A stretch of DNA of 64,000 nt from Octopus sinensis. Its lineage: Eukaryota. The stretch covers positions 248,001 to 312,000 of the forward strand of contig NW_021825821.1 of the NCBI RefSeq assembly GCF_006345805.1, in the 5' to 3' direction. A program made the position numbers and the translations under genes. Within the stretch, counting starts at the first letter, position 1; the number at the start of each line of letters is the position of its first letter. This document shows, in pieces, positions 48,403-60,849 of this stretch. The notes under the pieces are model-generated. The model was given only the letters and a program-made list of their open reading frames with translations. It had not been told where the DNA came from and did no database searches.

Positions 48403-48697
48403 AAACAACATACTTATGCGAAACTGCGATGTCTTGTTTATCATTTATTAAAAATAAATCTCGTAATCGATTGAAAGTTGGAGATGATATGCGAATCGCT
48501 CTTAGCAACATGGATCCGAATATAGAAAAATTGTTGCAGAAAAGCAACAACAAATATCTCACTAGAATTAAAACTTTACACTTTTTAGGCATAAAATATT
48601 TTATTGATTTTATTTAGTTAGAAAATAATTTATATTTTATTTTATAATTAAATCATTTATCTCAAAAAAAGATATATAAAAATTTAAAAATCGATAG

Positions 48698-49116
48698 CCC
48701 CCTTGGCTGAAGACTAAGCTATGGATAATGGATTTGGACAGTCGTGAGTTCGATTCCGAAGAAGGCAGTTTTCATCCTGGGGCCAATTCTCGTTATCGTT
48801 CCCCTGCCCGTGAGGCAACGAGTACTTCTGGCACGACACAGTTGGAAATGAGGATCTCTTACCTTCCTTCCGGTCTTAGCGTGGCGTTATGGGGTCCACC
48901 ATGTCAGTTGAAAAATTCCATTCGGATATGGCAACGCACTTAATGCCTACCGAAAAAGGACTTCTAGATCTCAGACCCTGGGACATCGTCGTCTCAGGCC
49001 GATCATGCGGGCAGGATCGAACCTTTCAGTAGGATCTCCCTTGTTTGGATCGGCGATCACGGGGATTATTATAATTAACTGGCTTATTCGTCTTTGGTCT
49101 TTAATAAATAAATAAA
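48698..49116 (+). mobile_element. LINE 3' fragment with (TAAA)n tail and a 13-bp TSD
   Basis: TAAAAATCGATAG at 48685-48697 and 49117-49129. Confidence 0.75.
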
Positions 49117-49202
49117 TAAAAATCGATAGGGGTACGCGGGATCCATTTTTAACCCCAAGGGGTACAACTTATCACAAATTTGAAAAAGGTTAAGAACCGC
49201 TG

Positions 49203-49390
49203 CTCTATTCGCACAACAATTCAGCTAGACAAATCCGCCTCTTTCCTTTCGAGGTGATTGCAAGCACTGGCGATGTTGTAGACACCTTTTTTGGTGATAA
49301 ATCTCTTATTCTTTTGTCCAGTTCAAGCGTCCTTTCCCACTGTTTAACTCTGTTTCTATAAGAGACGATCATGCTCTCAAGTTCAGTTTT
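49203..49390 (-). mobile_element. R4-like 3' fragment, the target of the hAT insertion
   Basis: LESMIVSYRNRVKQWERTLELDKRI matches 37940-38233; appears to continue left of the hAT at 40350-40391 (IEDISIRRRRLFN*). Confidence 0.6.
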
Positions 49391-50524
49391 TATCTTCAAC
49401 TGCAAAGTACCGTAATTTTAAGTCAATATATGCCGGTCACATTTTATTTTTTTCAATCATTGTTTTTTACCAATTTTGAAATTATCTCATTTTGTGTACC
49501 TTTTTTTGTCTTTAAATAACAAATTTTACTGTACGGAAAAAACTGAAACGAGTTGAGATGGAGCAAGCTGGTCGTGTCTACATCTTCACATTGCTGCGCA
49601 CTTAAAGAATAAAAAATTCTTGAAGATCAGTGGCAGTAATCATGGATGTAGATCGTACTTTTGGAGTTTTTATACTTTAATTTGTTAAATTTTTTTGTGG
49701 ATGTAACTTGAACGAGAATTAATTTATTTTTGGCTTCACACAAAAAGAAAGGCGTTTCGAGCCACATTATGTTTCAACTGAATTTTTAGTCCTGTCAGCG
49801 AAGAAATCATGTTGATCACCTAATCATAGATCCCTGTTCCTGATTTAATTGATGTCGTTTTTAATGTCGACACTTTCCGCTGAAATATGCAGGCAAAGAC
49901 CTTTTTCCTCAATTTTGTCGATATTTTTAGAATCAACCAAAAGTGAGATCCAATACTACGACCTGTTCCTGCATCTACTAGACTTGCTCTGAATTTTACT
50001 TTTTTCTTTTCAACAAATTCTTGAGTGCTATATTTTTAAAGTCTATTTAGCGCGTTTCACAAGTCCATATTTGACATAAAATTCTATTGGTCTGGTCGAT
50101 CACAGCTGTCGATGGAATTAATTACCGCTTTTAGACTATAAATAAGTTAGTAAGCAATTCAAACTTCAATTAGTATGCAAGTTACAAAACTGGGCTCTTT
50201 TCCTCTAAACCTACTTGCCAAAACGCTGATCAGAAAACCGGATGGGAGGCACTGTGTCTTACAATAAACAAGACAAGGATGTGTATCTAATCTCTCTATT
50301 TGGAGTATGAGCCTTTTTCAGGTTGAAACGATTGTTGACTCTGAAGTTAATGTCTATTTTGTCGTACACATATTTTTATAGCTCCCTCAAATAAACTAGG
50401 TAATAATAATTTCCTAAAGTTATTTAAAATCGATTTTGAGCCTATTTATGTGTTAATTATTGGAATTATTGAAGGACAAAATACCGTAAAATAACTTTTA
50501 GATAAATTCCAAGACAAATAATTA

Positions 50525-51609
50525 TTAGAAAGGATATTCCTTCATGTGGACGTAACTAAAGAACTAACAGATTCTCAATTACTTCTCCAGTCGAACGGCA
50601 CGGTAGTCCTGTCCCAGTTCATTCAACCTCGCAATGTCCTCCGCGGACAACTCAAAATCAAAAATCTAAAAAAACACAAAAATCTCCCACATCCAAATTG
50701 CTCTGAATGTGAGCCGGATTCAAACTCTTAGGAATGACAGCACATCCTCTGTCGATGTGGAATCGAAGGAGCACTTGGACGGCCGACTTGTCGTATTTGG
50801 CAGCAATTTCCCTGACTGTTTCATTTTCCACAAACAGAACATCCTTGGTGGTGTCAGCCCTGAAATGAGGACAAATGTCACCATGGACGGTCGGGGGAGC
50901 CCAGAGGACTGTAGGCAGTGGTAATGATGTTATTGGCCTTGCCAAAGTCAATCCAATCTCGATTATCCAAAAAAGGGTGAGCCTCGAATTGGTTGACTTC
51001 CGGCTGGATGTTAGAACTGGACAGAATTCGCTCGAGTTGAGTGGGGTTAAAGTTGGACACGCCGATATTCTTGGCAAGTCCTGCTCTCTTGGTGGCCTCC
51101 ATTCCTTTCCACGTGCTCTCGATGTCTCCGGGTCCCTCAATTGTCCGCCCGTCCTTATCCTTGGGGAATAAATCGTCCCCGGCCTAAATGGAGCAATGTG
51201 ACAACCTTGAAGCTCATTGGCCAATGGACCAAGTACAGATCGACGTAATCCAGTCCCAGGTTGTTGAGAGACAAATGCAGGTTCATCATCACGTCATGTT
51301 CCTGGTGATATGTCGACCACAGCTAAGCATGGGGATAACGCTCAACCTTCGTGGTCACAAAAATGTCTTCCCGTCTGATAGTTCCGTCCGCTATTTTTTC
51401 GCGGATTGCCTTCCCGACTTGAGTTTCGTTTTCGTAGACAAAGGCAGTGTCGATGTGGCGGTATCCGCAGGAAATGGCCTGCCTCACCGAGTTGTACGCC
51501 TCATCCCCTGTGGCCTACAACTCGGTTACTAATTCACAGGCACCTTCCAGGTTCCTAGACCAACCACTGGAAATGCAGTCCCATCAGTAAAATAAAGACA
51601 CGAGTTCAT
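50525..51609 (-). CDS. Aldo-keto reductase family 1 (aldose reductase-like), 6 micro-introns
   Basis: [59 protein letters not shown] and YPF*. Confidence 0.93.
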
Positions 51610-51671
51610 CAAAATTTTTTAATATATTTAAATTACTTTAATTTTTTTAATAGACAGTTTTATTTATTTAA

Positions 51672-52073
51672 ATGATTAATTTATTATTATTTAATTCCAA
51701 TAAATGGAAATATTACCACCCAGGGGTGTGGTTGTGGTTTTGGATACCCTTGGATATCTCCTAAGCATTTGATTCGGGGAATAGAACCAAGTTTCTACGC
51801 GTTAGACGACTTGGCGGTTAGAATGGTTTGGACATTTGTGATATGCCTAACAGTGATGCTTAGAGATGTATCGTCGATAGGGTTCTAAACAACAATCGGC
51901 AAGGGTATCTCGTCACTGCCAATGTCGGCGAGCATTTTTGGAACTTTTACCAATACAACGGATTCTTCACATCACTGACAATAAAGCATTGGAGGTCGTT
52001 TAGTATTTCGATATTATGGATTTCACAATTCAAAACTTTAATGAATTCGAACTTTATTCTGAGTGTTGTGTAA
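51672..52073 (+). CDS. Possible small secreted orphan protein
   Basis: MINLLLLIPINGNITTQGCGCGFGYP..LARCIVDRVL..; requires one 47-nt intron and removal of one T near 51690. Confidence 0.25.
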
Positions 52074-53879
52074 ATGGTTAATTGGAATGCAATATATGCT
52101 TTAACTGCTTCGTAAATTGTTTTTTAAAAAAATCATTTTGTTTATTACTTGTTGATCTCTGTTTAATAAGGCAGTAAAAAATTGTCATTTCACTAATTTT
52201 GTAGAAATACTTTGTTACAACCTGACAATTCACTTTTTATTTTCTTATTAAAGAAACTAGAATAACTTCATGTTTATTCTTAACCTAGGATAATAGTTCT
52301 CTCTATCGCATCTAACGTCAATGAGAAAGTCCGAATTTTGTATGGGAATCCTTAGAAGCAGAGCCTATGATATTCCAACAGAGGAATTTAATCCCAGTCA
52401 AAAATGGTTTGGAAAATATAAGAAATAAACTGCCGTTAACTGGTAGCATGTCTATCAAGTTAGTTAAAAATAAAAATTTTCGGAAAGGAATAGGAAAGAT
52501 ACAAAATTGAGATTTGCAGCCTTCCTGAAATGAAAGTTTCTTCTGGTTTTAAAGGAAATTTCACAAAATACCTTATCATCTTGTTACCGTCAAAGAACTG
52601 TCACTACGGTCTTGGCTTTGTGGTGAGGACATACTGAAATAATTTTTTAATGATAATAATTGTCGTAAGTTATAGCGTCGGGGCCAGTTCTAAGTGTCCG
52701 GAGTGATAAATCGGATTTATCACTCCAAATCATTATGATTTTGGGAATAAATTTTATTTGTGTCGCCTAATTTTGGTTAAATAACGTCCTATACGGGGAT
52801 ACGGATGAAATTATTGGTAAAATGTACCCGCATGTTTTTCTGGTAGGCAAAAAATTGAAATTTTATTTTTGTTGAATTAGATAGGAAATGGGTCGAATTG
52901 GGGATAAAATGTCTATATTTTTTTCCGGATTTTTATATTCAAAAATTTAAATTTTTATTTAACAGTTTTACGTTTTTTAAACTGTAACAATTAAAATTGA
53001 TTTCGATAAAAATATAAAAACAAGAAAATATCCACTCACTAGTTTTTTTAGCAAGGAACAATTTCTAGTAGTGGAAGAAGTTTCTCTGCATTCCGTTCTC
53101 GTTGAGAATTGCACATCTGGTGAAAGGAAGACAATTCCAAAGTCAATGATTAAAAAAATTAACTTTTAAAAATTACATTTTCATTTTATATTCAATCAAT
53201 TTGTAATGTTTCTTTAAAAATTGTTTCATAATATAAGTGAACTTTTGCTTTGTTTTATTCGACATAGGAGACGTTGCTTCTATACTGGAAGAAGGTCATC
53301 TCGTCTAAACCTCTTCGTCACATAAAAAAGACCGGAAGAGTTTGCACAGAATCATTGCACAGAATGGATTAAAAGAATTACAGAGGGACATTACTCGACA
53401 ATGATCACAAACTTATCATCACACGCATACGGATATAGCAGTTTTTTGACAAGCAAATGAAGAAGAATGAGGCAGTCGGTTGTCTACAAAGATGCTGAAA
53501 TAACCTGAAAGACATGACATAATGTCGAGATGCTTATATGAAGTTGACATTGTCAAAGACCCAGCTATCGCATTTGAAACGACGTTGAACTTGCTTACGT
53601 AGACGGCTGTGAAAAGTGGTCAAAAGAGAGGCTTGTAATATGAAGTTACAATCAAACAAGTATCTAAAAACCAAATGGAAGTACGCCTAATCCTGAGATT
53701 ATTTATCACTCAAAAATATGGAATGCTGAGAAAAAAAGTAATCAAATTTTTCATCAAATAAAAGAATTTCAGAGGAGCTAATATTTTGACGATAAACGAT
53801 GTTGATATGTCGCAAGACAAAATAATTTATTTTTATTTATTAAGACCAAAAACACCGCCATAACCATAATTAACTATTT

Positions 53880-55350
53880 CACTTTCTGACTGGAAGACAC
53901 CTGGGGTCGATAAGGTAATTTCTTTATAAAAAATTGCAAACCAATCCATGATTGCATGTGTCGAGCAATCGAACAGTTTACACTTGACTCTGGCTCGATT
54001 CCAGAGTGGTTATGTACTGGGGTCATTTATTTAATCCCTAAAGTAGATAACCCTTCCGCTCTGACAGATTATCGTCCGATAACCTGTATGCCCAACCTGT
54101 ACAAGTTGATGACTAAGGTGGTGGCTACTGAGATCAGAAATTTCGTGGAGGTGAATGGGATTCTATCCGAGAACCAGTTAGGTACTCGGCAGGATTGCCA
54201 GGGAGCTAAGGAGCAGGCACTGATCAACAAATGCCTCGCGAGAGCCCACGGAAACTCACTAGTGTCGATGAGGGTGGATGTGAATAAGTCATATGACTCG
54301 GTTGATCATGTCTACCACGTTGAGTGTCTGCGAAGGCTTTAGTTGCCTATGTGGTTTATCAAGTTTGTTGCAACTGTGATGGACAGGTGGAACGTGCATC
54401 TACACTACAACAAATGCGATATAGGCGAGGTTAAGCTAGAGAGGGGCATATTACAGGGCGACAGCATGTCTCCGCTGCTGTTTGTCCTCTGCCTAGAACC
54501 GCTGAGTAGAGTCCTCACTGCCCAATTCGAACAAATGTCGATCGAACATGAAGGAGGGTGTTTTAGCACCAACCATCTCATGTTCATAGACGACATTAAA
54601 CTGTTCGCTCGGTCTTCAGAGATCCTCCACTCGATGGGCAAAGTCTTGGAAGGTTTCATGAAGGCCGTGGGTCTGGAGCTCAACTACAAAAAGTCGGCGA
54701 CTAACACCCCGGTGTGCGGTGACCTAGTCAAAGTCTTGGAGGAGCACCAAGGGTATAAGTATCTTGGTGTGGTTGAGAGCCCAGCCTCATTAATCACACC
54801 CGAAACGAAAAAGTGTGTAGTGGAGGGTGTGCGTAGTAAGGCGGCAATGTTATGTAAGACTTGGCTCAATGCACGGAACTTATTTCATGCCTTGAACGAG
54901 TACGCCATCTCATTGCTAAACTATTACGTTGGCCTGATCGAATTCGAGCCGAGTGAGTACGATGAAATGGACCTTATTGTCCTAAGAGTAGTCCGAGAGA
55001 ATCACGTCCACGTGTTGGCAAGCAATAAGGAGAGATTATACTTGTCTCGCGGGCAGCTAGGACCACAAGCGGTACTTAAGACAGTTGGGTGTAAATAAAT
55101 CTCTACAGGCTTATATACAGTCAACTGTTCTTAAGAGGACTCTGAAGAGTATCTCGCTTGATGCTTGCCGATCCAGCCCTTTCTTGACGTTTAGTCAGCG
55201 AGAGGCGCTGGACTGCACCTTCTCGAAAGTCTACAGTGCCAGAGAAGAGGAGGAAGAAGGGGAGGAGGTGCGTAGAGTGCCACCATCTGCTCACTTCGAA
55301 GGCTCTGGACTTAGTTAGAAAAATTACTTAGCTAATTAGTTTCTTTTTTA
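53880..55350 (+). mobile_element. R4-like RT fragment with an internal deletion
   Basis: DYRPITCMP, GAKEQ, GILQGDSMSP, FIDD and AYIQSTVLKRTL motifs. Confidence 0.88.
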
Positions 55351-55435
55351 ATAAAGATGTTTAATTTGTTATAATTAGGATAACCTCGTTGGGAATAAAT
55401 ATTTAACTAATTAGGACAACTTAGTTGGGAATAAA

Positions 55436-55916
55436 ATGTTAGTATTAATTCCTGTGCTATTTTTAAATATTTTAACTGATCCAATATCGTTCAAATATTG
55501 TGGGGGAACTGCAAAAATAACATATATTGATGTCTCAAATTGTAATAAGGAATCATGCAATGTTTTCAGAAATGAAGATATAAAAGCTAAAGCTGAGATA
55601 ATTTTTGGTTTATAAATGTATTTTATTTCTAGCGGAAAAGCATGATGTGCTTTATTCAGAAATTCACACAAAACATAATTTTGAAGTGATGAGAAGGCAC
55701 AATTTATGTCAGTTTATTGAATCCGGATGTCCAGTTTTAAAAAATCAAGAAATAATAATTAGAAGGTCAAAAAAACAGCCATGTTACTTTCCATTTGTAT
55801 TCTAATTAATTTATTTTAATTAGGGATTTACAAGTACACTATTTTGGAAAATTTTTGATGAAAAAAAACTAATTTCATGTGCGAAATTTGATATTAATAT
55901 CACCACACTAATGTAA
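55436..55916 (+). CDS. NPC2/ML-domain protein, copy 2
   Basis: Same 3-exon structure as 35536-36049; ends DINITTLM*. Confidence 0.7.
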
Positions 55917-55918
55917 TT

Positions 55919-56197
55919 TTTTTTTTGGACACAAAAAAATATCTAAAAGTAAAAAGATAGCCAAGCTAATTAAGGGCCTCACGAGACACCCGGCCAGCCT
56001 CGCGAATGGCGAAGCCGTTCTCTCGGATCACAGCAATCGACAGACGTTCCAGGAGCCAAGAATACTCTCTTGGATCGTGGCTAGTCCTTGAAATCCGTCG
56101 ACCGAGCGAGCGAAGGAAGCGGAGTGTCTTGGGGCCGAAGATCCCGGAGGACTCCACGGCAATTGGAGTAAAGAACAGCGAGTTGGAGAGGTGGCCG
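55919..56197 (-). mobile_element. Short CRE 3' insertion absent from the paralogous segment
   Basis: T-run plus TSD ATGTAATT at 55911-55918 and 56198-56205; empty site at about 36018-36025. Confidence 0.88.
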
Positions 56198-57032
56198 ATG
56201 TAATTAATGTCAAAATCAGGGTCAACTAGTTACCATTCGTTAATCATTAATTAATTAATTCATAAAGGAAAAGGACTTTAATAAGTAAATTGCTTTAATT
56301 TATTTTGAATCTTTTAATTATCCTCATATCCAATGGCTAGATTAATGTGTTGTATTTTTAGGTAAGTTAAAAAATTAAACGTTTGAAAATCAACTAATCG
56401 ATGTGAACTAGCATTATCCAATAAAATTAATATATTTCTTTATTCTGAAAGCATTATTGCATTTATTTTTAAGATCCAGGTTTTAAAAATGTCAATTGTC
56501 ATCCACAAATTTCTATAGGAGTGCATGACGTTAAAAACATCAAAATTAAATTGTTTTAAGCATCGAGGGTTTTTATATTTGCAATAACTAATGAAAAGTT
56601 TTTATCAAGATAGCTGCGGCAGAGAAGCAGATTAACACTTTCTTTGTGCTGCTTAAAACCGAACGAATATTCGCCGTGCTGCACAAATTACTTAGTTGCT
56701 GTATATTTGAAATAGAGTACAGTTCCGTCGCATTTAAAAATATTTTCTTTATCATAAAGGACAACTTTAGCGTCCAATGTTTTGTATTGTAAATTGTGTC
56801 GCTTCCTAAATCTTGGAAGCTAAACATTAGACGATATTGAAGTCATTCATTGATATTTTAGATGCGATCATGGATCTAATTTGTTAATCGTAGGTCCATA
56901 CAGAGGAACTTTTTTATGTTCTAATTTTTAAAATTTCAAAAATTTCGAGATCCAGATTTTTCAGCATTTGAGGATCACTTTTATGTTCAGAAAAATTGAA
57001 ATAAGTTCCATTATCAAGAAACGAACCATCCT

Positions 57033-58039
57033 TTAAGAAAAGGAATAAATTCCATTATCAGGTCTATTTTGATCTGTGCATATTCCTCTTAGACATGTCA
57101 TGTCCAATTTGAATTCCAAACAACATTGTTTAACTATTTCAAATATATCTTGACCCCGTACATTTCCATGTAGTGACTTCATGGATAGAAAATCCTCATG
57201 TATTTCAAAATCGAAGGACAGAGTACGAATAAATATTATCAGCTGAGCAGAATCACATATATCATTCGACTCATCAATGGCAAGTGAAAATAACGTAGTT
57301 TGAGAATTTAATTTTTGTAGGAGTGATAGATTAAGATGCTCGGCAATATGAAACTGTCGGCGCTGAATTGTGTCACGTGAAAGTGGAATTGCTTCAAAGT
57401 TATGCTTCTTGTCGGGATCAATGCATTTAACTGATTCCATGATACATCTTTTCACAAGTTCGCCGTCTGAAAAAGGTTTTCCAGCAGATCCAAGGATATG
57501 AGCAACTCGAAAGGATGCTTCAACTCTTGCATTTGCCACATTTAAAAAAGTTTTTAAACATTTTTTTGTTGTCTTAATTTGTATTTCAAATTTTCGACGG
57601 AATCTTCTCTTGAACACTTGGACTTGATAACTAGGTGGTCTAAATGTCTTTGAAAATGTTGTTTAGCATTGTCCCGTTTTATAGTTTTCACAATCTCATG
57701 GCACAATAAGCATTGCATGCTATTGTTGTCTGTTTCGACTACGAAGTATTCACTTTCCCAGTTGATATTAAATTTTCTTTTTTCTTCATTCAAAGAACGT
57801 CGTCTTTTAACAGGTAATGACATAAATAAATTAAGCCGTTTATGATAATTACTTTTAATAAAGGTTAACCATTATATAAAAATAGAATTTTATTTAATAT
57901 GAATATTTTTAATTATTATTTAGGGTTTTTCTTGTTTAATTAACACCATGAGCATTATATTTAAGATTAGTTGCTCGATGACCTAATTGTGCCCACGGCC
58001 GCACATTCATCGACTCACGGCCGCACTTGCGCACCCCTG
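57033..58039 (-). mobile_element. hAT (GTF2IRD2/SPIN-like) 5' half
   Basis: TIR CAGGGGTGCGCAAG; BED-like CLLC..H; KPFSDGELVK, FSLAIDES and GICTD motifs. Confidence 0.85.
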
Positions 58040-58049
58040 TGCTAGAGTG

Positions 58050-60070
58050 TTCAGGGATCTCTTCGTGGATAACGACCTTTGTGAAGAGTATTGTTAAAAG
58101 ATGGAATGTAAACCTCCATATTGACCTACGAAAAATTGGTTGTGTAGAACTTGGTTGTGGGATTCATTAGCGGATTCATTATCCCCACAATTGTTCGTTA
58201 TGGTAATGGATCCCCTTAGTCGAATATTAAATGAGAAATTTCCAATATTGGTGATTAACCAAAGTGACTCTAATGTGGAGACTTACTCGACGAATCATTT
58301 ATTCTTTGTGGACGATCTTAAACTACTTGCATATAGAGAGAATACGATTGTAGAAATGGTGAAAACAGTCCGCAAGTTTTTTGAAACTACCGGGTTGGAG
58401 ATGAATCCTCAAAAATCTGCGTCCAATCAATTTTTCGTTCTGTAAACCTATGGAAGGGGAGGAAGGATATCGTTATTTGGGGATGTTAGAAGACAAAGGG
58501 AGTGTTTTTCTCAAAGAAAAAGTTATGGGGTCAATCTTACAGAAAGTTAAGGAAAGAATAATCAATCTCTGCAAAACAAAACTAAACTCTGCAAACTTGT
58601 TTCATGCCATAAACGAGCACTATCGCTATATAATAATTATATTGGCTTGATCGACATTGAGCATTCCAAATTCGAAAATATTGACCTGCAAATCAGGGGC
58701 TTACTCGTCTCCCTCAAAATACACTTAAAGCCGGCAAACGGCTGTATTTATGCAGGAAAAATTTTGGAAGAGGATTAACGTCGATTGTTTTTAAAAGTGA
58801 ATTGATGCTATTCCAGTTCTTGGGTGGCCTTGAGAGAATGTCTTCAGTTTGCCTGAGAGGTCGGGAAATCTGTGAGCAATTAAAACAAACCGCTGGAGCT
58901 GCGGGAAAGGAGACTGACTCGTTCCTCAACGAGGTCGGGCAGTCCATTGTTCGGGGCAACGCACACTGCGTCCTCGCCGCTGGGACTTAACGATTTTCGT
59001 TGTCTATTCTTCAAAAAAAAGAAAATTAAAACAAATAAATTGCACTTATCAACGATCGCAGGATTTCTAGTCTCCAAATATGGTATTGAGAAAAGAGAAA
59101 GCATCTGTGTGGAGTCTATCAAAACAGAAGAATTGGTTAATCAAAAGGATCGAATGTATTCCATATTTTTCAAATGTCTAAATGACCAGAATACTGATAT
59201 AGAAACGTCAAGTGGGTGGCTTTCGAGTGGAAATGTTTCTCCCAGAAGTGAAGCACTATATTGCCTACTGCAGGACAGAAATCTGTTCTTTTTAACCAAG
59301 GGAGCATTGTGCAATCATTGTATGGGAAGCAAAAAACGGTTAAGCATTTGGCAACCCGGTGTGAGAAAATGTTAAACAGCGATTATCTGCGAAGACACAA
59401 TGAAGTTGTGAAGTGCATTCATCTTCATTTGTGTCGAGCCTATGGTATTAAAAGAGGACGGAAATTAAAGGCTCATTCTGTTCAGTCCATAATATCGACG
59501 CATAATGCTGAAATCCGAGTCGATACGTCAATTATGACGGAAACAAAAGTTCAATCCAACAAACCAGATATTTTCGTCCATGACAAAACTAAACAAGAGA
59601 TAACCTTAATCGAAGTTGGGATCACTTTACAAGACCGCCTCAAACATGTCGAAACCGAGAAATTCCATAAATATGATCTGCTCGCAAACGAACTTTCGAT
59701 ACTTTATTATGTAAAGATAAAGATTATCCCGATTGTCTTGAAGCGCGATGGCGTTGTTTCGAGATACTTCAAAAACTATATGGACAGATTATCGATTGAA
59801 AAAGCTACAAGAACTTATATTTAGTCTGTTGTTCCAAAAAGGACTCTAGAAAGCATGGTGATTGAACACAGACATGGAATGAGAGTATCTGCCGAATAAT
59901 AAACCTCTTACCAGCTTGCAGAAGTGGCATGCCGTCGTGACACGCCGGTGAAAGATATGAGACAAATAGAAAATCTATCTGACCGGGAAATGGAGAGTGT
60001 GGAGGAACTGGTTGCAAACTCTTCTCCTAAGAGAAGGAGAGAGATTTCCAATAATCGAGACTGAGAATCT
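58050..60070 (+). mobile_element. Degenerate R4-like retrotransposon
   Basis: DSLSPQLF, FVDDLKL, HLATRC..RRHNEVVK and NKPDIF..IEVG motifs. Confidence 0.88.
58890..59023 (+). mobile_element. 134-bp CRE 3' insertion inside the R4 copy
   Basis: TSD AATTAAAACAAA at 58878-58889 and 59024-59035; A-rich tail; internal deletion relative to 22605-22760. Confidence 0.85.
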
Positions 60071-60449
60071 AAATTAAATAATCTAGCTAAAGTTATATAC
60101 AATTAACGTCTATTTGTCTATTAAAATTTTGTAATTTCATCAATTTCCCAGTGAATTACATACTTGAGGATAATTTAAAAAATTACAGTTCACTTTCTAG
60201 ATTTGTAAGTTATATTGTGATAGGCTGAAATTACAACTTTCGGCGGACCAGCATATATGCGAGGGGAGTTATGAACTCATCTTTGGTGTCTGAAAAATCG
60301 AAGGTATGGATTGAAATGGATACTCCAACACGGCCTCGATTGTTGTCCATGATTAGGTGACCGAAAAGATTAAGTGACTCGCATTTATCACTACGAAAAC
60401 TCATTTTTAAATAGTTTATTTATTTAAGTTATATTTGACAATATTTACA

Positions 60450-60747
60450 ATGACCTCTGATGTTGTGACACAGCCCTTCAGTAATTTGGATATGTATTCA
60501 GAACAAAAATCTATAAAATCGACTATATTCAGTTTATTTGTGAATCAACCAATATTTACACTCGGTTGCGCCACCTAAACTAATTTCAGGGCTAACGGGA
60601 GCAGGAGTGTCTGTGATTGTCGGACTGCGTGCCATGTCCAGAGGGAACCAGAAACTGTCGCAATCAATGATGAAGACTCGTGTGGTCTCACAGTTCGTTG
60701 CCTTCTGTGGTCTTATCTACGCAATATCAAAGACCACTAAGGACTGA
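60450..60747 (+). CDS. HIG1-domain mitochondrial membrane protein (HIGD2/Rcf1-like)
   Basis: NQPIFTLGLTGAG..GLRAMSRGNQKLSQSMMKTRVVSQ after removing a 25-nt intron. Confidence 0.8.
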
Positions 60748-60849
60748 CTCGCTATATAACTTATCTGGTGCATTTACATTTTACTAAGTTCTTTCCTCAA
60801 TCAGAAAACAGTCTTTTATTTATTAACAATCAAACTTGACTACCTGCTG

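Larger units (their letters stand above)
40392..49202 (+). mobile_element. hAT Buster/Charlie (ZBED8/SCAND3-like) element expanded to 8.8 kb by nested insertions
   Basis: TIRs CAGGGTTTCTCAACC / GGTTAAGAACCGCTG; perfect 8-bp TSD CTCTATTC (40384-40391, 49203-49210); transposase pieces LDESTD, CTDGAP, HCAIH, VRWLSR, NELNL|SIQG and TT|YLCE. Confidence 0.9.
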
